Assembly: GCA_976226885.1 (NCBI GenBank)
Contig: OZ320319.1
Coordinates: 19,282,001-19,346,000, forward strand
Source: Iphione sp. A-MEVVRFRX5
Lineage: Eukaryota
DNA: 64,000 bases
Reading direction: 5' to 3'
The position numbers were made by a program, and so were the translations under genes. The notes below the pieces were generated by a model. The model saw only the letters and a list, made by a program, of their open reading frames with translations. It was not told the origin of the DNA and did not search any database. Below are positions 38,201 through 50,309 of this stretch, in pieces. How positions within the stretch are numbered: the stretch's first letter is position 1; each line of letters opens with the position of its first letter.

Positions 38201-41200
38201 GTCGGTTTCACTTTCCTGTTTTTCCTATGCGAAAAACTGAAGTGTTAGAGCCTTTGAAGGATGATTTGGTAGCAATTCGTGATTTTCGACGTGTTTGTGA
38301 ACTTATGAATGATGAAGATAAATTAAGTTCTTTTTCATTTGACGATTTTTTAAAATACTTGGAATTAACCGAAGAGAGGTATATTAGTGCAGTTCGGACT
38401 TCATTAACATCATGGAAAGTGTTTTTGAAAAGAGAACCGAAAGACATACGCGTAAATCCTTATATGAAAAATTTGTTAGGGGTTTGGAAAGCAAATCATG
38501 ATATATCTTATGTTATTGATCCGTATGCTTGTGCAGTTTATATTGTAAGTTATATAAACAAACAACATCGTGGTTTAAGTGTTTTGCTGTCGCAAATATT
38601 AAAAGAATCGAAATCCAAACGGTGTAGTTTGCAAGAACAATTAAAAGAAGTAGGTAAGTGTTTTATAAATAGTACTGAAATAAGTGCGCAGGAGTGTATT
38701 TACATGCTTTTAGGTATGTCAATGACCAAAACAAGTGTTAGTGTGATATATTTAGATACGAAAATTGCTTCCGAAAGACAGCGTATCTTGAAAACCGACA
38801 GTCAACTAGAACAGTTAGAAGATAATTCTACAGATATTTTTGTTGATGATAAAATGGTACTATACCAAGCACGACCTGCATTTTTCGAAGCATGGTGTTT
38901 AGGAGACTATTGTTCTCTCATTACCTTAAGTAAAAGTACAAGTAAGAATGTTTCTGGGTTGGATGATGCGCAAGGAGGCAGTTTTATTCTTTATCGTTCA
39001 AATTCTAAAGTATATAAACGACGTGTAAAGCGGGCTGTGTTGAAATTCAATTGTCCGTCACTTGAAAATAACGAAGAACAATATTTTCGTATTATGCTAT
39101 TGTTATGTTTACCTTGGAGGACAGAACTACCACCAGATAGCAAGTTTACGCAATTGTTTCATAACTTAGAAAGTATTGTTCAACAACAAATAGTAGAAAA
39201 GTTTTGTGTGTTTGTGCAACAGCCAATTCATAATTTGTTAAAACAAATAAATGATTTAGAAAGTAAAAATGTTGACACAAGTACAGTTGCACCAAATACA
39301 GGTTATGAAAATAGTCGTGACAAAGAGGAAATGGACATTCAAGATGATTGTTTGTTTTTCATGGTAAGAGATGATCCGCAGACTGATGTAAATTTTGAAA
39401 AAGATGGTCATGTGTGTGTGCGTCCATCAGTTATTGATAGCATTTGGAGCCGTGGTGAAATGTTGGATAATGTTGCTTTGCTCACCTGTGAGCAACAAAT
39501 AATTTATAAACACATCATGAAAGAGGTGCTGTACGATGCGAATAAATTGCATTTGTTCATAACAGGTGGTGCTGGGGTTGGGAAATCATTGTTATTGAAA
39601 ACAATATACCATAGCTTACAACGTCATTTTAACTTGGCGAGTAATATGTCAGTTTCGGCTCTCTCAGTTTTGTGTGTAGCACCAACTGCTAAAGCTGCGT
39701 TCTTGATAGGTGGGAAAACTATCCACAGTGCCTTGCAGGTATGGAATTATAAGCAAATAGTAGATATGTCAGACAGTACCCTTAATACGCAGTTGTTGAA
39801 ATTTAACGATCTGAAAGTCTTATTGGTCGATGAAGTTTCGATGGTTGGAGCAAACATGCTTGAACGAATACACATACAACTACAAAGACTCAAAGGCAAT
39901 AAACAATTGTTTGGAGGTATACATATTATTTGTTTTGGTGACTTGTATCAACTGCAGCCTGTCAAAGATAGTTGGATATTTTTAGATACAAGTGGTTTAT
40001 CAAGATTGGCTCCAAATTTATGGAGAGAACATTTCCAAATATTTGAATTACAGACTATTGTTCGTCAAGCCAACGACAAAAACTTTGCACAGCTTTTGAA
40101 TCGGTTAAGAGAAGGTTTGCAAACGGAGCAAGACTACAAGATGCTTGAAAGTAGAATCATTGGCAATGTACAAGAGATACCAAGTGGTACTGACTATTTA
40201 TTTTCAACAAACGAAAGCGTAAATAGACATAATGATTTAGCTTTTGAAAATTGCATGTCTGAAAAAACTTGTATTTATGCAAAAGATGTTATTTTGAATC
40301 ATAACTTGAAAGAATCTATTGAAAAGTGTATCGCCTCGACTAGTTTAAGTTTGAAAGACACTGGCGATCTAATGAAAGTTTTAAAAGTAGGTGTTGGTCT
40401 ACGGTACGACATAACTTATAATATGGATACGGAGGATGGTTTGACAAACGGAACTACTGGTACTTTGACAAAAATTCAATATTTTGATGGAATTTCTCAA
40501 CCAAGTATTCTGTGGTTGAAGTTCGATGATCCCAATGTTGGGAAGAATCAGAGGTTGAAGTACCACAAAAGGTTTGCTGTGAACCACGACCCTAGTTGGA
40601 CTCCTTTGTTTGTTGTTAGTAGAAAGTTTGTACTGAAGGGGGAAGTGTACCGCACTCAGTTTCCGCTGCGTCAGTGCAGTGGACGTACTGTACACCGAGC
40701 GCAAGGTACTACCATGTCTTCAGTTGCGGTTCAGTTGTCGCGACCAATTAACGCTCATACGTATTATGTTTGTTTTAGTAGACTGCGCAGTTTGAGTGGA
40801 TTGTATTTACTATCATTTGATAGAACTAAAGTGACAGTGGATGATCGAGTTGTTAAAGAAATGGAACGTTTAAGAAAAGACCGTCAGGTCGCGTTGAATT
40901 TTGTAGATATCCCAATAATTCGAAATGCTTTTGCTGTCACTTTTTTAAACGCTCAATCGTTATTTGGTCATTTTCGCAGCGTTTGTTGTGATAAGTATCT
41001 TTTGAGTAGTACTGTGTTATGTTTCGCTGAAACACGTTTTAAGAGGGATGAAAGTCCTGCAAAGTTTCCTATTATTGGTTTTAAGAATGTGTTTGCATCA
41101 GAACCACAGTTCAATACATCTTTTCGGCCGTCTCATGGTTTAGCTGTATATGTAAGAACAGATTTGACCATTGTAAATACTTACGGTTACCGGTATAATA

Positions 41201-41577
41201 ATTGTGAATATTTGCTGGTGGATTTAAGATGTAGTAGTGAGTTTGAGCTAACAATCTTTATTGTATACAAGGCACCACGTGCATCAATCGAGTCATTCAA
41301 AACTTTACTTCTTACAGCTGTTCCTTATCTACCAAAGAATAATTCGTTAGTTATAGTAGGGGACGTAAATATGTGTTTGTTTGAAGAACGGAATTTAGTT
41401 TTTTTAAATTGGTTGGAAACGACATACGGAGTTCAACAAAAGGTTACAGAAGCTACTACGGATGGAAACACATGTTTAGACTGGTTTTTAACTCAAATGA
41501 GTGTACAAATGTCCATTAGTTATTGTCCCTTTTCATACCATAATGCAATTACTGGAGTTTTACAAGAATTGTGTTAG
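35218..41577 (+). CDS. Helentron Rep/helicase polyprotein (~2119 aa): herpes-tegument-like (peptidase C76) DUB, Zn finger, HUH Rep, PIF1 helicase, APE/EEP endonuclease
   Basis: DUB: GNQCTAIA...FDSHAR. Cys cluster ~36540-36720. Rep motifs PTWFMSLSAAD, VEFQHRGSPHVH, YIVSYINK. Helicase motifs GGAGVGKS, DEVSM, GDLYQL, TIVRQ, QFPL..TVHRAQG. EEP motifs FLNAQSL, CFAET, GDVN, CLDW, SYH. The ORF is uninterrupted. Confidence 0.95.
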   Translation: MKVLQGSRSQNSSVYNHSGRGNQCTAIAAGCLLYVFVFCNGIVNSRHVDDVLDFGDFLYTQIRRRVTALQLTPCELPQLLIVNSRKIFFDVVKCFVGVHIPKGDSIYFAFVKAFSISPFCIFVAQHLSIAVYCRTGVYYMFDSHARSKKGFPSAEGTAVHICFEDFYELIGHIEKLYYSSQQFQYEISVVHMVQNGLSDTFCEIFVDINSIYPNRFIAMEVIENLRCLVGKDMFHTTEKSCRSNVSESVQGNRLTDRNGNISGFIKTTGISQTFSKTKSDQKKSRNGSARVKEFVQKSSNSQEKTGLQSERKNTCSTTRSVKKSKSLKEPNCRSVLINSDGMLVPNLVALQHTKGRKKAVCGKTKVVNDKSDILNQIIGNCSSEKSRKQKRSIRVVNSQNAKVRKKTNGNVVSSDTDSTANELDKCIKSFFLNIEEGPHYCCCMCSQVWFIHSVREVTSEIYYHIQHVVGGKSQNECKYICQTCSKAISDRRLPRICYMNGFILPTVPHELQITVDEARLVARRLAFMQIRYLPRGFQYSLKGPVVNVLARVEDTVVQLPRYINTAGTTCVRLKRKLSNKHAYRQFNVRPVNVLKALEWLVKNSPLYKEDNVIIDYDWLTQTVNALMNDGPSLTAESVDEAANERCYSESCNTKELDNDDSDSDEDNFSEVDVTEKDLQMQSLLDAHTGDLFFDIAPGEYNMPLSLIYDANGEYMAYPHLYGGINPYVNCSIRYSDVCKFELRNVDRRIATNLENIFFKYKKYQSLLIKAVSRFALRRSRNVGHYSKIDVATRESRERLRTSDEGFYMYNRLRNTPQYFERAQSNVMAMIRQLGFPTWFMSLSAADLYWIPLLRTLGLLIDNVLYTDEEIEEFSWTKRAQLVSSDPVTCARYFDFRFDKFLRGVLESKANPIGEVEDYFYRVEFQHRGSPHVHMLVWCKNNPRYSTDKQNSVEVAEYIDKFVSCSSSVEDSNKKFIDLQTHKHSRTCRKRGQAICRFHFPVFPMRKTEVLEPLKDDLVAIRDFRRVCELMNDEDKLSSFSFDDFLKYLELTEERYISAVRTSLTSWKVFLKREPKDIRVNPYMKNLLGVWKANHDISYVIDPYACAVYIVSYINKQHRGLSVLLSQILKESKSKRCSLQEQLKEVGKCFINSTEISAQECIYMLLGMSMTKTSVSVIYLDTKIASERQRILKTDSQLEQLEDNSTDIFVDDKMVLYQARPAFFEAWCLGDYCSLITLSKSTSKNVSGLDDAQGGSFILYRSNSKVYKRRVKRAVLKFNCPSLENNEEQYFRIMLLLCLPWRTELPPDSKFTQLFHNLESIVQQQIVEKFCVFVQQPIHNLLKQINDLESKNVDTSTVAPNTGYENSRDKEEMDIQDDCLFFMVRDDPQTDVNFEKDGHVCVRPSVIDSIWSRGEMLDNVALLTCEQQIIYKHIMKEVLYDANKLHLFITGGAGVGKSLLLKTIYHSLQRHFNLASNMSVSALSVLCVAPTAKAAFLIGGKTIHSALQVWNYKQIVDMSDSTLNTQLLKFNDLKVLLVDEVSMVGANMLERIHIQLQRLKGNKQLFGGIHIICFGDLYQLQPVKDSWIFLDTSGLSRLAPNLWREHFQIFELQTIVRQANDKNFAQLLNRLREGLQTEQDYKMLESRIIGNVQEIPSGTDYLFSTNESVNRHNDLAFENCMSEKTCIYAKDVILNHNLKESIEKCIASTSLSLKDTGDLMKVLKVGVGLRYDITYNMDTEDGLTNGTTGTLTKIQYFDGISQPSILWLKFDDPNVGKNQRLKYHKRFAVNHDPSWTPLFVVSRKFVLKGEVYRTQFPLRQCSGRTVHRAQGTTMSSVAVQLSRPINAHTYYVCFSRLRSLSGLYLLSFDRTKVTVDDRVVKEMERLRKDRQVALNFVDIPIIRNAFAVTFLNAQSLFGHFRSVCCDKYLLSSTVLCFAETRFKRDESPAKFPIIGFKNVFASEPQFNTSFRPSHGLAVYVRTDLTIVNTYGYRYNNCEYLLVDLRCSSEFELTIFIVYKAPRASIESFKTLLLTAVPYLPKNNSLVIVGDVNMCLFEERNLVFLNWLETTYGVQQKVTEATTDGNTCLDWFLTQMSVQMSISYCPFSYHNAITGVLQELC

Positions 41578-41914
41578 TAAACATAAACAGTATATTTTGG
41601 TGTTCATGTGATGAGAAACATTGTAGTGGTCGTAGTAAACAAATGGCATTTGTGTTTGATGTAGTTGTGGTACATTCTGTTTTTCAATGAATTTGGTTGA
41701 ACAACATCAAATTAGGAGTTCGCTACAGTGTGCGTTTGTAAAAACCATATTGTATACAGTGTGTTGCTTGGTTGTCATCATGAACAATGAGTTGTATGGC
41801 GGAAGAATGGTTCAATAGTAGCAGTTAGAAACGTATATACATGAATAAAATACAAGTGCATGTGTTAATGTAGGATTGAAGTTACCTCATTGAATAAGGT
41901 TATTCAGTACATCA

Positions 41915-42183
41915 ACCAATCAGAATCAGCTGTTAGTTGGGCAGTACTGCTATTGGTTTAGGAGGTGTGGTTTGAATACTAATGGGGAGTACCGAGTTGA
42001 ACAACCTGGTGCCGACGCAATGTTGCTTGCATATATTAAGTAAATGACATCATTCCCAGGTCAACCAATCACGAGCGAGGCAGATGTTCGAAAAACAGAG
42101 TGCTTCTATTGGTCAGTAAGCTGCTATTAGCTTATCAAGTGTGGCCTTATATAAGTAGATCTTTCCGAATGGATTAGTTCAGT
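41915..42183 (+). promoter_or_regulatory. Promoter of the RPA-like gene
   Basis: Multiple CCAAT/ATTGG boxes (~41916, 41951, 42065, 42108), TATATAAG at 42148 and Inr-like TCAGT at 42179-83. Confidence 0.65.
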
Positions 42184-42246
42184 GTTAACGTGCTCAAATT
42201 CTGCTACTGGCGGGTAATTCTAGTCAGTACGTTGACAGTTTGGAAG

Positions 42247-44414
42247 ATGGCTTTTGCGGCTGCACGTTCACCAGTTAAAGCAATGCAAAGAACAATTGCA
42301 ATTGCGGATTTGAACGATGTTTGGAACGTTCCACAAGAATTGACGTGCGTTGTTGTGAAATTGGAAGAAGACAGAGGCGAGCTGGCCTTTGGGCCAGACA
42401 AGAACTCGGTTTCTATTCTTCGACGAAAGTTTGTCTTGGCTGATGGTAGCGGTGTCGTGTGCGGACATGCCTACGTGAAGGTGGACTTCGAAGAAGGACA
42501 AACCGTTATTCTGAAAGACTTTGCTGTAAAATGTGGTGAAGTGAAAATCCTCAAAGGCACTACAATTTCAAAGTAAGTTGCAATAGGTTTTGTCTGTTTC
42601 GTTTTTGTCGGAAAACTTTGGTATCGTTAATTGAATAACGTGGATGCAATATAACTCATAGTAATTTGATAGGAATGTTTTGGTTGTAAACTAGTGGACA
42701 TGTTTGTGAAGTGACGCATTTATTAATCGGAATAGTAAAAGTTTCAGTGGTTTTGTAGTTGGGTTTTGATATTGTCGCATTGGTTACAAATTCCTTCCTG
42801 AATTGTATAAAGTGCTATGTTAAAAGTAATAAGTTTCATGGTGTTGATATTATGTTTCAGAGCTACTCCATTGGAAATATCGAATGAACAAGAAGTCAAT
42901 GCTATTGATTTGTTCAAGAGTGACAACACTACTGGTGTGCCTATGAAGACTGTATCGGAGGTGATGAAGTTATCGGATACTGAAACCGTATCCTTTTCGG
43001 GAAACTTATTGAATGTAAGTTTGTACATGGAAGATGTTTTTTGTATTAATCTGCTGGCACTATTTTTTAGTTGAAGAAGTTTCAATTACTATCAGCGTAA
43101 AGACAGTTTAAGCGATGTGTAAAGAACTTTTTAGTATCAAAATAAGTTGTGCGATCTGTTGCTGTATTATATGTGGATTTAACTACAAGTGAGAGAAAAC
43201 TTAGTAATATCAATGTTAATGTTCTGTTGTTGTTTATTCAAAAGGTTGCGCAGTTAAGGACTGTTTCAACAACAAGAGGCCAAAAATATATCCGGGAGTT
43301 GACAATAACTGACGGCAAAGAGACCATTGGTGTCAGTGTGTGGGGAGCAGCTGCGACTATGACGTTTGAAGTTGGTAGGATGTACCGTTTTCGGAATGTT
43401 GTCTACAAGTACAACAGTTACTCAGAAAGTTTCGAAGCTACAGTGAACCATCCAGATGAAATACAGGTAAGGTTTTTTAGAAACACATTGTTAGTGTTCA
43501 GATGAGGTGTTGTTCGAGTAAAAACAATGTATTGAATTGGTTAGTTTAAAGATATAAGGTAAATAGTTTAGACAAGATCTACAAAATACATAGGTTTCAG
43601 ATATGTGAGTAGATGTATTTGGTTGCATTTGTGTTTTTGTTTTAGTTTTGATGTGATAAAAGTTAACTAAGTGGTTGTGCGAAGTCGTAGAAATGGAGAA
43701 TTGTATTTTATACACAACAAGAGAGAGATAGAGAGGAGTGAAAGAGAAAGAGAGAGAGAGAGAATTGTAAGATAGTGCGTTGTTTTGTGACCCCTCATGC
43801 AAGTCTACAACCCTCGGTTTTTCTTGACTGAACAGAGGGGTGTAGGAATATTGACTATGATTGTAGAAAGTAGGGCCATATATGTCAGCCTCCATGACTG
43901 GACTACTTTTAGGGAACATTTTATATAGGTAGTGTAATCATATTGTGTTTCTTTATTTGTACAGTTGATGACAGGCGGAGAATGTGGAGCATCGGCTGCG
44001 ATTAAAATTGATGGAATTGGGAAAGAAACAGAAGACAGTTGGAGGTTGTCGTGTGATGTCGTAAATATTCGCAAATACTTATGGGTGTTGAAAAGCGAAT
44101 TGCGGGATGCTCTTCAAGCGCCATTGACAACAGACAACGACATTATTCCGTATCTTCCGTTCTATCTGGATGGGCAAATCGAGGGAGAACAGCTTATAAA
44201 TATATCGCTTAAGGTTCCTAGTGATGTTCATGTAAAGAGTGCCGAAGTGGTTACTGCGGGTGCGAGTGATAGCTCACAGATGTTGTCTTCAGTTGATGGA
44301 AGTAGTAGCTGTTCGGAAAGCAACGTGCGTGGAACTACTTCAAAACGGCAGGCATGTGAAAAAACTTCAGAGCAACAAATTGCGACACCAGGCAAGAAAA
44401 GTAAAAAGAAGTAA
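42247..44414 (+). CDS. Four-exon OB-fold ssDNA-binding (RPA1-like) protein, ~383 aa; exons 42247-42572, 42861-43014, 43245-43466, 43965-44414
   Basis: All GT-AG junctions are phase-compatible (2, 0, 0) and total 1152 nt. OB-fold patterns RRKFVLADGSG and IRELTITDGKETIGVSVWG...EVGRMYRFRNV. Basic C-terminal NLS-like tail. Confidence 0.8.
43872..43938. repeat. 67-bp element, copy 1 (copy 2 at 51512-51578)
   Basis: agggccatatatgtcagcctccatgactggactacttt...ggtagtgtaat versus agggccacatatgtcagccaccatgaccggactacttt...ggtagtgtaat. Confidence 0.85.
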
Positions 44415-47400
44415 GATAACTGTGTAAAGTGTTGATAATACAGTTTGGTTTGTATTTGTTTGTAACGCAGTTTACACCGATGTCAGGACGTCGAAGTGGG
44501 GATGCAAAACAGGTTGTTGTGTATACCAGTTCATATAAAAATGTGTTTGTATTAGTGGAAAGTATAAGGTTTAGACGAACAGTTAACCAAAAAGGTTATA
44601 GCAGCTTTAAGGTGGGAGTTTATGATTACAATTAGAAGTAACAAAGTTTAGTTAGATTACATATGTTTAGCCTGTAAGTGTATTAGACTTTTTAGCGACA
44701 AGTGATATGAGTGTGGCATAAGTCAACTTGTTTTAAAGTTTATCTTTGTATAATTTTTGGAGAATAAAGAACATCCACCTAATTTGGGTGTGTAGCGTAG
44801 GTCGAAAATAAATAGAACACAATTAAACAAAAATTAATGAGAACAAGTGGTAATATGTTAAGAAACTATATATAATGTTGTTGACATAATAGCGTTTTAG
44901 GTAAAGTTATGTACTATGTAACAGTTTTGTATTATGGTTGTTTAGAGTGAGTGTTTAGTAGTGAGTGTTTAGAGTTGTGTATTTTAGTAGGAGTTGTAAG
45001 GTGTTTTACAACATAGAGGCTCAACGAACAGTAGTATAACTGCTGAAACAAGTGTGCATCTAAGTAACATACTAATATCCACCAAGGATTGTGCACAAGT
45101 GTGGCTGTGTGTGATACATTGTATTACATAGATACAAAATTGGTACGAGTGTTTATGCAAGAACATGTACTAGTTATATGGACAGTGGTAATGGAAATAT
45201 TGTGGTACTGAAAAGGATGTGTAGTATAATGAAGTGTTCAGCTGGAGTTTACTTCATTTAGAATTATGTAAAACTTGATATGAAAGCAATCAGTGGTGTT
45301 TGAGTTGGTATATCAGTCTGTTTAACATTCGATTACGTATGTATCGCCGGTTGTATCATGGTTTAGTGTTTAAGTTTTTAGTTTATAAGTTCAAGTAGAC
45401 TACTTTTGAAAGTTTATGAATAAAAGTTTTCAATCAACTTTTGTGTTACTTGAAGTATTGATGTTTACTATATAGTAGTTTACTTTTGTTAAGGATAATG
45501 TAAAAAATATATATCAAAAAAAGCGAAAACAATATTTTAAGATATACATTTTGGCGAATTTGTTACTGTTTAAGTGACAACTGTTAAAGTGCTGAATTAT
45601 TAATAGATAGTATGAATGTAAACAGTCAATAATTAGCAGTTTAGTGTTGTACGAAATTAAGTATATATTTCGCAGATTTAATAGTTAAACGAAAGATGAA
45701 ACTTAATGTTACTGTAATTGCACAAAATAGTAAATACTTATACAAGTATTGTATTAGAAGTTTTAAAACAAGCATGTAGTTCTTAATGCTTTTGTTTACG
45801 AGATTTGAGTGAACCGAGTGATAAGGTAGTGTTATTATAAATAAATAGCCTTAATATAAATTACAAGAACTAAAGTTCAGTTACCCTATCTCTTTTAAAA
45901 CGGCTGCCGGAAGTAGGTTGAAAGTAGTTCTATTAAGCAGTGTTTTCTTGGGTTTACAAAATAAGATATGTGTGCTCTGTGCTCTTCTCAGAAGGTTTTG
46001 TCATTTGAACATATACTGTAAGACTTTGAAAAAGTATTATAAAGAGTATATTGTTTTACCAGCGGTCGTCTTCTGTTAACTTGACTTAAGCATTGTTGGT
46101 GCAAAGATCAGTGATACTAGCGTAAAAATAGGCGACCCAACAACCGTGATTATACACAACAGTAGCAACAGCTTGACAGCTATGTGGGTGAAGCGTTATG
46201 GGTGATTTTTAATTTTGGGTGAATCGGTATTCAGGCACCTTGGTCTCTTCCCCCCACCTTCCTTCTTTGGTAGTAGTATGATTGACAGCCGCTGACGGTG
46301 GCAAGAGCCGGACGAAGAGTGTTAGTGAATATAGGTGGATTCGTTGGCCGCTTGTTAGCACGGTGACGATGTCGGCGGCGGCGAAAGGTGCTGTCGCGGT
46401 AGGTATACGGGGCAGCCGAGTTGCCTGTTTGTCCGGCAGCGCCGGCGGCAGGTGCTTTCGCAGTAGGCGTATGGGTAAGCTGCGGCGGCGGCTTGGTCGC
46501 CGGCCGTCTATGCACCCGGTGGCAGAGGTAATTTAATTAGGAAAATTTGGAAACAACAGAAAAACCTAATGCCGGTCCCGTTTCTGTCAAACGAATGTTT
46601 GCTCAGAAGAGATGTTCAGTTGTGATTTCTTTGCTGCCGTATTGTGCTCGTAGTTTGAATAATTTCACCTGTATTTGTTTGGTAGACTTCCTCTGGTGTT
46701 TTGTAAGCTGTCAAAATTGACAAGCTTGGTTCTAAGTGGCACAAGTCGTATACTTTTGTGCGGATGGCTATGCCATACGCACTCTATGTTGTGCAGGCTA
46801 GGTGTTAGTTGATATCCACGTAGCGGTGATGTGGTCTAGTACTGGCTGAAGAGGAGGGGTTGTCTTTCTCCAGGTACATTGAGAAGTCGCAGCGATGTAG
46901 TTTACCAGTAGGTTACTGCCGCTGCTCCCTTTACTACTTTTGCCGCATAATAGTTATTTGTCATTGTCTTACTTCTCTTATATTTCGTTTTAACACTCAC
47001 CTACTTTTGCATTTTTTTCGGTGGCGCTGCCGCTGCTACCGTGCGTATGTCGGGCCGGGCGAACAAGTAGTTGGGTGAAGTTACTATTTACTGTTCGGTC
47101 GGTCTACATATACACACATATGCAGTGATTGAGCGTAAAGACCTCGTGACACCCCGTGCTCATGATGCTTGCTTCGGCAACATTCTATTCATATTATTTA
47201 TTTCCAAGCACAAAATTCTGTGTTCGCATATTTTAGTGTCCCGGTTACACGTTTTTTGCGACATAGTGACAGCGTTAAAGTGGGAGTAATAGGGAACTTT
47301 GATATATACAACAGTCTTTCATTTTCGATTAAATCGGAATTAAAGAAATATTCGACAGTTTTAGATTGTATGTCGTTTGTGGACATAGGTACTCAGTGCA

Positions 47401-48917
47401 AGAAATCTTAGTATGAAAGTAGTAAAGTAATTTTTTTAAAAATACAGCAATATAGCAAATGGTAAGCGATTTCGATAAAAAGAGTATACTGAAAGCCGTT
47501 GTAGGAGATAGAATTGCCAAAGATATGAAAATGTAGTTTTTTAGGAAAATAAATCCTTACATTAAACAATAGTTAGCTACCCAAGTCATACCGGTGTAGA
47601 AGCATGTACAGTCTTACCAAAAAGGTGAATGTCATAATCATTGCTGAATTAAAGTGTCGAGTTTAGCATTATGAGATTTGTAAATTTCTAAATGCACAAT
47701 AGATTACATATAGAATGGATCAAGTAGTAGTTAAGTCTGAACCGTATTCATTACATATTATTGTATTTCACAAAGGAGATAATGTTTTGGAGTTTCTAAA
47801 TCGTAGTCTGAAGACATTTCAACCAAATTGTTTGGTAATAAATACAAGAGGTCCAACTACAAATTGTTTTTATTTGTTTATTGATACAAAACAACTTCAG
47901 CAATACAAGGAAGTGTTCTAATATGCACTATTTTCTACTTCAAACTAGTAAACGCTCGTTATATGTAAAGAATATGAAGTGCAACAGGACAAGTTCAAGT
48001 TGTCTATACGTTCTAAAAAAGAAAAGCAATCACTAAAAGACTAAGCGATGGATAACGTACAAGGTATATCATATGACTATATTATGAGTTACTAATTAGT
48101 GTTTTGATACAAAGGATATATAAAACCATTCGATGATACTGTGTGAATAGGTTTAACTACATAGCAGATAGTTTCATACTCCGTGGTTTTTTCGGATCCA
48201 TTTACCAAGTAGTATTATAGTTACATATGAATTCGTTGAGTATATTGCAAAAGTAGTTAATGTAAAACTAATAAACGAGATGAACTGCAACTATATTGCG
48301 TAGTTACTACTTGTGCGTAAAGAGTTGTAATTAAACTAATACCCGTAGCCGTATAATGTTGATACGTAACATTTTAAGTTGTGGATGCTAAAACAAAACC
48401 AATTGTGCTACAACTATAAAAATTGGTTCAAGAAATACAAAAAAAAATCGTTGCATTTAATCTTAAAAAGTGTCACAATGTTGTGATATGTTACTAATTG
48501 AGTTGTTTCACATGAACTACTTGTTGTACAATCAAGCACAGTTCAGTCAAATAAGGCTGTAACAATTACCTGTGTTACCAAAATAAGATGTAACATGTGA
48601 TTATTTTGTTTAATCAATTAAGTATATGTGAAAGTGAAACATTGTTTACTTATTCCGACTGAAATGTAGGCAGAATATTTCACGAAAGCTTCATTGCACA
48701 TGAACTCAAACGTTTCAATATTGTTGACCGATTATGTTCCAATAGCCGTCTAAAAGGTACTTTGGGTGGAATTGTACTACTGGTGGAAGTGTACAAAAGT
48801 AATAGGTTACTTCACGTTATATGATACTGTATGTATAATGTATACAATGAAAGGTAATTAGTCTTGAGGGAAAGGTCGAATGTTTGATGTTCTTACCGTC
48901 TCGAAATTTCTTTGGGT

Positions 48918-50309
48918 CTAAACATTTTGTTCTGTACGATGAACAAGATCCATAATTTGTAGTTGCATACGCAAAATCTGTTTGTTTCGAGCATGTTCTC
49001 TCTGCTGTAACGCATCAGTTTTGAGTTGAAGATGGTTAATATGTTGTTCTTTCTCTGCGAAAACATTCTGCACAGTCCTTATCGTTTTTTGTCTCCACTG
49101 CCGTCTGAACCGTTGTTCTGACTGCAAGTGTCGAGTCCACAGGTCGAGTCGTACTTGAAGCCGCTTGTTCTCTCGTGCCAGTACGCGCGCAGATTGTTCC
49201 GTTGTTTGTAGTTTGAAGGCTAAGCCACGGTTTCGTTCCTGTTGCTGTTCTAGTTTGCGATGTATTTTATCCAGAGTTTTATCTTGTTCATTGACACGCG
49301 TGTTCATCATATGTATGTGTTCACTAATGTGCTTGTAGAGTTGGTTGTCTTGTCGGCCGCAACAATCTGTAAAATATAACAACTTTTGTGAGTTTATACT
49401 AACTAGTTCTTGTTCACTTTGTTTCTGTAAAAAAATGTGTTGTGTAAAAATACATGAGGTTTCATTTATGTAGAAAACCACGTTACAAAATAATAGAGCA
49501 AGATTAGGTTTCAGCAACGTATAACGAAAGTGAAGCTATATCATTGTGCAAGTGTTGGAACTGTGTTGCAGGATTGTTTATACTTACTATGTTTGTTTTT
49601 TGGTTGGTTCTGTATGTTGTTGTCGACAGCATGAACATGTTGGTTTTGACGCGAGTTGTTTCCGTCTAGCTCGTAATCATCTGCAGTAGAGCAAGTAGAC
49701 ATTAGGTATTATAAATTATGAAGTACTGTGGATAATGTAAAGGTTGACAGAAGTAGAATTTTGAACTGCATATTAACAATATCCATAGGCGTTTTTGTTC
49801 TAAAAGTTGTGGCAAACTAATCATATTAAATTCTTTAAAATATTTAGTTTTTGTAGTAGATAACTTGTATTCTGAGAAGTTGTTAGACTTTTACAACAGT
49901 AGAATTAAGAAACATTTTTTGATGTTTGTAATAGGTTTTTCGCGAAAACAACGTGTGCCTATAGGTTCTGAATGAAACTTTTGTTACTTAGTTTGTTGAA
50001 ACTTACTGTTGTTGTTATGGTGGTTTTGATGTCGGATGTTTCGGTGTTGAATTTCGTCGTTGTTGTTGCTATGGCGATGAATGCGTTCGCGGTCGTTTTG
50101 GTGCCGGAAAGTTTCGCGTCTCAAAACGCGGTAGTCGGTGTCCTTGTCCATGTCAGATGAACTGGGGTGTATGCTTTGGTTGCGGACGTTGTCGTTGTTG
50201 TTGCTCTGGCGATAGATACGCTGACTGTCGCTTTGGTGTTGGAAAGTTTGGTGCGTCAAGAAACCGTGGTCGGTGGCTTCGTGGTCGGTGTCAGAGAAAC
50301 TATCTGGTT
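48918..50309 (-). CDS. Cargo gene Z (partial): Asn/His/Arg repeat exon 50309-50007 plus coiled-coil exon 49366-48918
   Basis: Acceptor tattgtag|AA, donor AACA|gtaagt and acceptor tattttacag|AT are all phase 1. Long heptad/QE-rich helix. Upstream exon unresolved. Confidence 0.6.

Noticed and set aside
35227-40704. Minus-strand ORFs within RepHel
   Set aside because: Antisense shadows.
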